Origin: Promethearchaeota archaeon
GTDB taxonomy: Archaea; Asgardarchaeota; Lokiarchaeia; Sigyniarchaeales; SOKP01
Length of the DNA: 18,421 nt
Direction: 5' to 3'
Assembly (NCBI GenBank): GCA_016930515.1
Contig: JAFGGO010000176.1
Span: 1-18,421 of the forward strand
Part shown: piece after piece, positions 7,608 through 14,491 of the stretch
Position numbering within the stretch: position 1 is the stretch's first letter
How the letters are laid out: each line of letters begins with the position of its first letter
Translations under genes and position numbers: made by a program
The notes under the pieces: model-generated
Told to the model about the DNA's origin: nothing
Seen by the model: only the letters and a program-made list of their open reading frames with translations
The model's database searches: none

Positions 7608-8522
7608 ATGAATAAAAAATCGATATTAATGATTGTTTTCGTAAGTTTAGTGGGTATATTCTTGCTTTCCTCCTCAATTACTATCGTTCACGCAGCCCTA
7701 GGAGATCAAGGTCTTGATATCCTGCAACAAGGAGATTATTACGAATATGGCACGACAATAACTTCAACATCAAAAGGTCAAAACATAAGAACGGGAGAAA
7801 TTCATTCCTATTCAATGATCAATTCAGGAGAAACTAATGTAAATATCACATTAGTAAACAAAACCACGGGAATGGTGCAATATTATGCACAATCTTCTAG
7901 TGGAGGGTATCCGGGTGTTATTTTAAATACTTCAACATTGGAACTTTCTTTTGATTATGACGACGATGACGAGGACGGGTTAGTGGAACGCTATGATTTT
8001 GAGTTTGGTTTCGTACCAGGACATAGTCCTTCCGTTATAATTGCCGGAACGTGGGAAAATTATACAGCATCGTTATATTCAATTATATTAGAGTTGGAAT
8101 ACGCCAAAGGCAATCTAAGCGCTTTCGATTATTCGCTTGAAATTGACGACACTGAGCAAAAGATCTCTTTAGAAGTTGAATATCAAGAAGAATATTATTA
8201 TTGGCATGTGGATCATCCCATTTACAACGAATCCGTGGTTTACGATGTGAAGCGTTCGTGTGTATTAGACTACGATAACTTTGTAATTAGTCGACAAGAA
8301 CAGGTAACTCAATATTCAATCAACAGGATCGCAAACGCTAGCTATTTGGAAGACAATGACAAAACTATCATGCTTGAATCTTACTCTCAGGTGCTTGCAA
8401 CGAGAAAAGGAACAGAAGGGGGAGGAATTCCTGGATATGAACTTTTTACTCTCGTAGGGTTGACAACCACAGCCATTTTCGGTCTCGTTTATCTCGTCAA
8501 GCGTAAGAGAACATCGATGTAA
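7608..8522 (+). CDS. Secreted surface (glyco)protein with IPGY-TM-basic tail, paralogue 3
   Basis: Start revised from 7560 to ATG 7608 (MNKKSIL). This removes the overlap with paralogue 2, follows GGGTG at 7592-7596, and gives 304 aa like paralogue 2. Tail GGGIPGYELFTLVGLTTTAIFGLVYLVKRKR. Confidence 0.92.
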   Translation: MNKKSILMIVFVSLVGIFLLSSSITIVHAALGDQGLDILQQGDYYEYGTTITSTSKGQNIRTGEIHSYSMINSGETNVNITLVNKTTGMVQYYAQSSSGGYPGVILNTSTLELSFDYDDDDEDGLVERYDFEFGFVPGHSPSVIIAGTWENYTASLYSIILELEYAKGNLSAFDYSLEIDDTEQKISLEVEYQEEYYYWHVDHPIYNESVVYDVKRSCVLDYDNFVISRQEQVTQYSINRIANASYLEDNDKTIMLESYSQVLATRKGTEGGGIPGYELFTLVGLTTTAIFGLVYLVKRKRTSM

Positions 8523-8573
8523 AGAATATTAATAAAACTTTTTTTTAATATTATAACTTTCATATAATATATC

Positions 8574-8597
8574 TTCGTGAAACACAGATTTCACGAA
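8574..8597. repeat. Perfect 9-bp inverted repeat between convergent genes (hairpin or protein-binding site)
   Basis: TTCGTGAAA-cacaga-TTTCACGAA, downstream of the T8 tract at 8539-8546. Confidence 0.6.
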
Positions 8598-8659
8598 TAA
8601 TTTATCTATATTCGATTTAAGCTATATTTTAAACTTGCTTTTCCATATTTCATTCTGAT

Positions 8660-10612
8660 TTATATTAAATTGCTACCACAAGTCCAGCATTTTTCACTCT
8701 TTTCCTTTAGAGCGTTAGCGCAATTTAAGCAATAAAGTGCGTCGCAGTTGGGACAAATATAACTCGGACCAATAATGGGTCCTTTATGAACAATGCAGAT
8801 GAATTTTTGTTTTTCAACCCCAACTTCGGATTCTATATTATCGATTTCTCCCTTTATTTTCACAACAGGTTGGTTTGATATAGGAAGTGCTTTTATGGAA
8901 GATTTAGGTGTTTTTAATCCTTGTTTATGTAATAAAACAGGAAAGTCTGGGGATTTTAGTAAAGAAGTTTTTTTCCTTTTAATTACGAAAATTCCTATCG
9001 ATAAAAACAATACAATTCCAATAATTATCAATGTGATAATCACGATTTTCAAGGGAATATCTTGATCACTGCGACTATCTGGAGTCTCTGGAGTTTCAGG
9101 AATATCATTAATTTGAGTATTACGAACGAGGACTTGTTTTGTTAAAATTGAACTATTATGGTTGATATCGGTAACGATTAAAGTAATATCGAAATAACCT
9201 GAAATTTTAAATTGAAACTCAAACGATGGTGTATCCGCTAAATAAGTATCGTTATAGAACCACTCGTAAGTTAGCGGAGAATTACCTCCACTTCCATTGT
9301 AATTTAACATATACCATTGATCTATCACAAGCCTGTCCTCCGACACATTAAAAGCGTAATCCACTTCTGGAACGGAATCCATCAAAGGGTAATTATCTTG
9401 ATTTACCATAAAGTCGGAACTATTAGAGATATAATATGGACTCATGCCAATACCATTAGTATTGAAACTTCCCGAATAATCGTTCCAATAGTTACCAATA
9501 TTCATATAATCCCAATAGGTTGATGTTTTATTATCTTCGGCGTTTTTAGTATTTTTATAGAAAAAATTATTTGAAATAACATTTCTATCGCTATTATTGA
9601 GAATAAGTCCTACTAGCGCGTTAAAATAAATTAGGTTGTCGGTTATCGTGTTATCACTACATCCTTCAACATAAATTCCGTAATCTTGTAAAAGTGAGAA
9701 CTTGTTGCTAACATTATTGTAAAAAATTGAATTATAATTACAATTTCTTTCCAACCTAATACCCTCTATATGGTTATCGCAAGCATCGTTTACAGCGATA
9801 GTATTGTTGTTACAATCGTAATTCAATAAAATACCGGTAAAGTACATTGAGTGTACATCATTGTAAATTATATAATTTCGAATACATTGATATCGAATAT
9901 AAATTCCAATCTGTTGAGGGGTTTGATCTACCAAATTACTTATATTATTATATTCGATGATATTATCGTCACATTCGTAATCGAGAAAAATGCCATATAA
10001 AGAATTGGAACATATCTCGTTTCCTGAAATGTAATTGAAATCGCTATCATCGCAAAAATAAATACCGCTCATTGTATTGTTAATACAGATATTGTTCGAT
10101 ATTTCATTATCATTTGACAAGCCAAGGGCTACTCCCTGACCTGTATTGTTCACGCAAGTATTATTGAGTATTTGACCGTTTGATACACTTATAAGTTTAA
10201 TTCCTCCGTTGTAATACGGATAAGAACCACTGCTCGAATTGTAAAGCGTGCAGTTTCTCACGATAAAATGCGCGTTGGAATTTATAATTTCAATGCAACT
10301 ACTTGCGTTATTCCCGTTTATCTTCAGGTTTTCGATTACATATGGGTCGCTTTCCGTTCCCGAGCCGTTACACCACGGTTGAAGCACCGCCCAAGCCCAA
10401 TCACGGGAAGGATTAGTATCGTCGATAAATATTGGAGAAGCAGAATTATTATAGTAGGAGAGTTTAGTTGAGTTTTCTGTTAAGAATTTGTGAGAAAATT
10501 TTTTATTTGGCAATAAATTCAATGAAAGTGATAAAAAGAGAATATTAAATAAAAAAAAAATGAGCATAAATCTTTTTCTAAGAGCACAAAATTTATTTTT
10601 ATAAAAAGACAT
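8660..10612 (-). CDS. Single-pass membrane protein: NosD/right-handed beta-helix + PKD-like domain, TM helix, cytoplasmic RING-like Zn finger
   Basis: Hydrophobic N-terminus; GSGTESDPYVIENL then repeated N-x-I-x-x-N / GI-x-L beta-helix coils closing with GNYWNDY...DNYPL; PKD-like GNSPLTYEWF...GYFDITLIVTD; TM IVIITLIIIGIVLFLSIGIFVI then KRKK; C-terminal CIVH..CPNC..CLNC..CWTC. Confidence 0.9.
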   Translation of the reverse strand: MSFYKNKFCALRKRFMLIFFLFNILFLSLSLNLLPNKKFSHKFLTENSTKLSYYNNSASPIFIDDTNPSRDWAWAVLQPWCNGSGTESDPYVIENLKINGNNASSCIEIINSNAHFIVRNCTLYNSSSGSYPYYNGGIKLISVSNGQILNNTCVNNTGQGVALGLSNDNEISNNICINNTMSGIYFCDDSDFNYISGNEICSNSLYGIFLDYECDDNIIEYNNISNLVDQTPQQIGIYIRYQCIRNYIIYNDVHSMYFTGILLNYDCNNNTIAVNDACDNHIEGIRLERNCNYNSIFYNNVSNKFSLLQDYGIYVEGCSDNTITDNLIYFNALVGLILNNSDRNVISNNFFYKNTKNAEDNKTSTYWDYMNIGNYWNDYSGSFNTNGIGMSPYYISNSSDFMVNQDNYPLMDSVPEVDYAFNVSEDRLVIDQWYMLNYNGSGGNSPLTYEWFYNDTYLADTPSFEFQFKISGYFDITLIVTDINHNSSILTKQVLVRNTQINDIPETPETPDSRSDQDIPLKIVIITLIIIGIVLFLSIGIFVIKRKKTSLLKSPDFPVLLHKQGLKTPKSSIKALPISNQPVVKIKGEIDNIESEVGVEKQKFICIVHKGPIIGPSYICPNCDALYCLNCANALKEKSEKCWTCGSNLI

Positions 10613-10800
10613 GGCGAAATTTCAATTCTAGATTTATGTGATGAAGAATTAAATAAAATATACCTATGTAAATTTTATTATTTTAATGTTAGTAGGATCT
10701 ATTATAAGTATTTAAGTGATTCTGACTCTGTTTTAAAAAAACAACAGAATTCCTATTAAGGTAATTATAATAAATCCATCTAGAAATTAATATTAGCAAA

Positions 10801-10817
10801 GAAAAAATCTTTAATTT
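10801..10817 (+). promoter_or_regulatory. Possible BRE/TATA giving a leaderless hypE transcript
   Basis: GAAAAAATC-TTTAATTT ends about 20 nt before ATG 10837; no SD motif in between. Confidence 0.35.
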
Positions 10818-10836
10818 CCCCATCTTTGATATATTC

Positions 10837-11889
10837 ATGGAAGAAAAAAAAGCGAGCGAAAAAATCGTGCGCTTGGCTCACGGTGCTGGTGGCGTCTTAC
10901 AGGAAGAGCTCATTCAATTCATAACGAGTGGAATAGCACAAAAGAGAATTAGAAACGGAATCGGCGTTGAGGAGCTAGACGATGGCGCAACCATACCTCT
11001 GGAAGATTACGATAAGGAGGTTGTAGTTACGGCTGATGGACATACCGTATATCCGCTTTTCTTTCCAGGTGGCGACTTGGGCAAATTAAGCGTGTGTGGC
11101 ACTGTTAACGATTTACTCATGATGGGCGCCGAACCTATCGCTTTAACATCAATCGTAATCATTGAGGAAGGTTTTTCTTTCGAAAATCTGAAAAAAATCA
11201 TAAATTCGTTTAACGAAACCGCTCGAGAGGCAGGTGTGGCGATCATAGCGGGAGATTCTAAAGTCATGCCTCGTGGTACTTTAAACGAAATTATCATGGC
11301 TACCACAGGAATCGGTATCAAGAACAAGAATGTAAAAATTGAGGATAAAAACCTCAAGATCGGGGATAAAATAATCATAACAGGCTCAATTGGTGATCAT
11401 GGTACGGCGTTAATGGCATCGAGGGAGGGATTAAACATCAATACGGATCTCACCTCAGATGTTTCAATCCTGACCGAGCTTAACGAGGCGATAAAGCGGT
11501 TCATTCTTAATAACGATATTCACGCCATGAAAGATCCGACAAGAGGAGGTATAGCATCGGCTTTAAACGATTGGGCACGGAAATCAAATACAAGCATCCT
11601 TATCGAAGAAGTAGAAGTACCCATCAAAAAACAGGTAAATGCTATTTGCGACATGCTAGGACTCGATCCGTACAACATTGCAAGCGAAGGGAGGGCATTA
11701 CTTTCCGTCGATCCAAATCGAGCAGAACAAATCCTCGAAAAAATAAAAGAAACATCGATTGGAAGAGGTGCACGGATAATTGGTACGGTCCAAGCTGACA
11801 ATCCTGGACGAGTATTTTTGAAAACCTCAGTTGGTGGAACCCGCTTCATTGACACTCCCTTAGGGGAACCAATTCCTCGAATTTGTTAA
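10837..11889 (+). CDS. hypE: Hydrogenase maturation carbamoyl dehydratase HypE
   Basis: LAHGAGG, DDGA, LFFPGGDLGKLSVCGTVND, GDSKV, MKDPTRGG, ASEG and the diagnostic C-terminal PRIC. Confidence 0.98.
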   Translation: MEEKKASEKIVRLAHGAGGVLQEELIQFITSGIAQKRIRNGIGVEELDDGATIPLEDYDKEVVVTADGHTVYPLFFPGGDLGKLSVCGTVNDLLMMGAEPIALTSIVIIEEGFSFENLKKIINSFNETAREAGVAIIAGDSKVMPRGTLNEIIMATTGIGIKNKNVKIEDKNLKIGDKIIITGSIGDHGTALMASREGLNINTDLTSDVSILTELNEAIKRFILNNDIHAMKDPTRGGIASALNDWARKSNTSILIEEVEVPIKKQVNAICDMLGLDPYNIASEGRALLSVDPNRAEQILEKIKETSIGRGARIIGTVQADNPGRVFLKTSVGGTRFIDTPLGEPIPRIC

Positions 11890-11941
11890 TAAAACGCTTA
11901 AAATAAGCATATTTAGTATCAAGATTAAAATTGAAAAATAA

Positions 11942-13033
11942 ATGAATGTTCCTGGAACTAATTTTTTAAGAAGCAAGGAATTTACGGATAAGATCGTAAA
12001 AGAAATAAACCAAATCATTGAAGAGATTGGAAAACCCGTAAAGTTCATGCACGTGTGCGGAACTCACGAACACACCATTTCAAAATATGGATTAAGAACG
12101 ATTTTACCCAAACAAGTCGAGATAGTTTCGGGACCGGGCTGTCCCGTGTGCATTTGTCCCGCAGCTGACATCGACAAGGCGGTTGAACTTGGTAAGCGTA
12201 AGGACATGATTATTGCCACATTTGGCGACATGATACGGGTGCCAGCAACTAATATTTCGCTTGCCGAACTCAAGGCTAAAGGTGCAGACATTCGAATAAC
12301 TTACGGCCCACACGACGCCGTTAGGTTAGCTCGAGAGAATCCAAGCAAGGAGGTCGTCTTTTTTGCGATTGGTTTTGAAACTACCGTTCCAACGGTAGGT
12401 TTCGAACTCAAAAACGACCCCCCTCCCAACTTCTCGATCATTTGCGCCCACAAGCTCATTCCCGCTGCTTTAGAGCTTCTTATTAGCCAGTCACAGCTGA
12501 ATATCAACGGTTTTATCTCTCCCGGACATGTTGCAACGATCATCGGATTAGAGCCGTTTAAGATATTTTCAGATGCTTATCATGTACCAAATGTTGTTGC
12601 GGGTTTTGAACCCAACGATGTTCTTTTAAGCATATTAATGCTTTTAAAACAAAAGCGCGATAAAAAGCACGAAACTCTAAATGAATATTCACGCGTTGTT
12701 AAAACCGAAGGAAATATAATCGCACAACAAATAATTGATGAGGTATTTGAACCCGTTTCCTCTCCATGGAGGGGTATCGGAAGGATTCTTGATGGGGGTC
12801 TACAAATAAGAAAAGAATTCGAACAATTTGATGCTGAGAAAAAATTTGATATTAAGATCGAAAAATCAAAAGACATCCCCCCTGGATGTTCTTGCCATCT
12901 CGTAATGATTGGGAAGTTAAGTCCTAGTGAATGTAGCTTGTTTAGAAAGACCTGTACTCCTGTAAATCCCATTGGGCCGTGTATGGTTTCGCAGGAGGGC
13001 ACATGTAGCATTCATTATAAATATAATAAATAA
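11942..13033 (+). CDS. hypD: Hydrogenase maturation scaffold HypD
   Basis: MHVCGTHE, GPGCPVC, GFETT, PGHVA and C-terminal Fe-S cysteines ending in GPCMVSQEGTC. Confidence 0.98.
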   Translation: MNVPGTNFLRSKEFTDKIVKEINQIIEEIGKPVKFMHVCGTHEHTISKYGLRTILPKQVEIVSGPGCPVCICPAADIDKAVELGKRKDMIIATFGDMIRVPATNISLAELKAKGADIRITYGPHDAVRLARENPSKEVVFFAIGFETTVPTVGFELKNDPPPNFSIICAHKLIPAALELLISQSQLNINGFISPGHVATIIGLEPFKIFSDAYHVPNVVAGFEPNDVLLSILMLLKQKRDKKHETLNEYSRVVKTEGNIIAQQIIDEVFEPVSSPWRGIGRILDGGLQIRKEFEQFDAEKKFDIKIEKSKDIPPGCSCHLVMIGKLSPSECSLFRKTCTPVNPIGPCMVSQEGTCSIHYKYNK

Positions 13034-13079
13034 ATTAACGAATATATTAAAAAAAGATTAGAATAATTAGAAGAATACT

Positions 13080-13670
13080 ATGTTTGAAAAAATTCCTTCT
13101 GAAATAATTGATAGAATGAAAGAACTCGAAGAAATAGACCAAATTGATCGAATAAATGGAACTCCCGTTTTAAAACGCTTAAGACAAATACCTTCTGAGA
13201 CTGGAAAATTTTTAGCCATTCAAGCAGCTCTCGCACCAGAAGGTAAATTTATCGAAATCGGTACCAGTGCAGGGTATTCTTCTCTATGGATTGGTCTTGC
13301 TTGCTTGGAAAGAGGTAATTCGCTAATCACATTTGAACTATTGGAAGAAAAAATTGAAATCGCAGTACAAACATTTCAGAAGACCAACATGGAGAAAATA
13401 ATCAATTTAGTTCATGGAGACGCTCGTAAGTTCCTCCCAGAGCATAATAATATTAGTTTTTGCTTTTTAGATGCAGAAAAAGAAGTATATTACGATTTAT
13501 ATGATATGATCGTCCCGAAGTTAGTCAAGGGAGGCATTTTAATCGCAGATAATGCAATAAGTCACGAAAAGGCGCTGCGACCAACGATACAAAAGGCATT
13601 TCAAGACATACGAATCGATGCCGTCGTGGTTCCAATAGGAACAGGCGAATTACTCTGTAGAAAAATATGA
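13080..13670 (+). CDS. Cation-dependent class I SAM O-methyltransferase (CCoAOMT/YrrM-like)
   Basis: IEIGTSAGYS (motif I), GDA, FLDAEK and GGILIADN. Confidence 0.9.
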   Translation: MFEKIPSEIIDRMKELEEIDQIDRINGTPVLKRLRQIPSETGKFLAIQAALAPEGKFIEIGTSAGYSSLWIGLACLERGNSLITFELLEEKIEIAVQTFQKTNMEKIINLVHGDARKFLPEHNNISFCFLDAEKEVYYDLYDMIVPKLVKGGILIADNAISHEKALRPTIQKAFQDIRIDAVVVPIGTGELLCRKI

Positions 13671-13775
13671 TACTATTGAAAGATCTAAAAATTAATAAAA
13701 GGTAGTTTAATCCTACTTAATTTAGATTTTTAATCTAATAAAATTAAAGTTTTTTGAAACCTTATCTCCTAAGAT

Positions 13776-14441
13776 ATGAATTACGATCGAAATCTCATTG
13801 AAAATCAATATCTTGCAATTCTTGCGGAATTTCCAAAGGCAATAACTATAGATAACACTATTTATCACTTAAAAATACCCATTCAGTCAAAAAGCTTTAT
13901 TGAGGTCGATTTTAGGAACTATCCAAAAAAACCAAAACTCCACTTGATTAATTCAACGGGAGAAACATTCAGAAAAATGGATCAAGCCATTTCGTCTTTA
14001 GGGTCATGGAAGACAAAGAACTTCCCTAATGTAGTAAATGTCATAAGAGAAATATTCATCAAGCTATCAAGAAAAGGAATCGTTATTAAAAACGAGTTAT
14101 TACAAGGTATTTTAGCTCTATGTCGAGAGCATCATCCTGAAGAATTTTTGGGACTTTTACGAGTTGAGAATGACATCGTAACAGAATTTATTTTACCACC
14201 TGGCGCTCTCACTTCAAAAACTTCGGGTGTATTTTTTCCCCATAAGATTCCACTCGATTTGACGCTCCAAGGAACGATACATTCACATCCAACGGGGAAT
14301 CCATATCCCTCTAATCAAGATTTAAATGGGATATTCAAATCAATGCGATTTAACTTCATCGTGGGTCATCCGTACGAACTGTGGAATGTAAAATGTTTTG
14401 ATAGAAACGGGAAAGAGCTGGAATTTGAAACAATCTTGTAA
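13776..14441 (+). CDS. JAMM/MPN+ (JAB) metallo-isopeptidase with N-terminal UBC/UEV/RWD-like domain
   Basis: Complete JAMM motif E123...H169-S-H171-x7-S179-x2-D182 (HPEEF...HSHPTGNPYPSNQD), closely resembling archaeal AfJAMM-type proteins. Extra ~100-aa N-domain with VDFRNYPKKP and SLGSW...VVNVIREI. Confidence 0.9.
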   Translation: MNYDRNLIENQYLAILAEFPKAITIDNTIYHLKIPIQSKSFIEVDFRNYPKKPKLHLINSTGETFRKMDQAISSLGSWKTKNFPNVVNVIREIFIKLSRKGIVIKNELLQGILALCREHHPEEFLGLLRVENDIVTEFILPPGALTSKTSGVFFPHKIPLDLTLQGTIHSHPTGNPYPSNQDLNGIFKSMRFNFIVGHPYELWNVKCFDRNGKELEFETIL

Positions 14442-14491
14442 GAAAAAAGACAAATAGGATTGTTGAAGTGGATTAAATCGAATATTGCCAT

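Larger units (their letters stand above)
6658..8522 (+). repeat. Tandem gene duplication, period about 950 bp (paralogues 2 and 3)
   Basis: Identical blocks at offset 950: TGCAACAAGGAGATTATTACGA (6773-6794 / 7723-7744), ATAACTTCAACATCAAAAGGTCAAAAC (6808-6834 / 7758-7784), TAAATATCACATTAGTAAACAA (6890-6911 / 7840-7861). Confidence 0.9.

Noticed and set aside
6658-8522. Diversity-generating retroelement (TR/VR pair) as the cause of paralogue variation
   Set aside because: No reverse transcriptase is in the window, both copies are full coding genes, and the differences include indels and non-adenine changes spread over the whole gene.
9070-9100. PETPETPD micro-repeat in the beta-helix protein
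   Set aside because: An ordinary low-complexity juxtamembrane linker.
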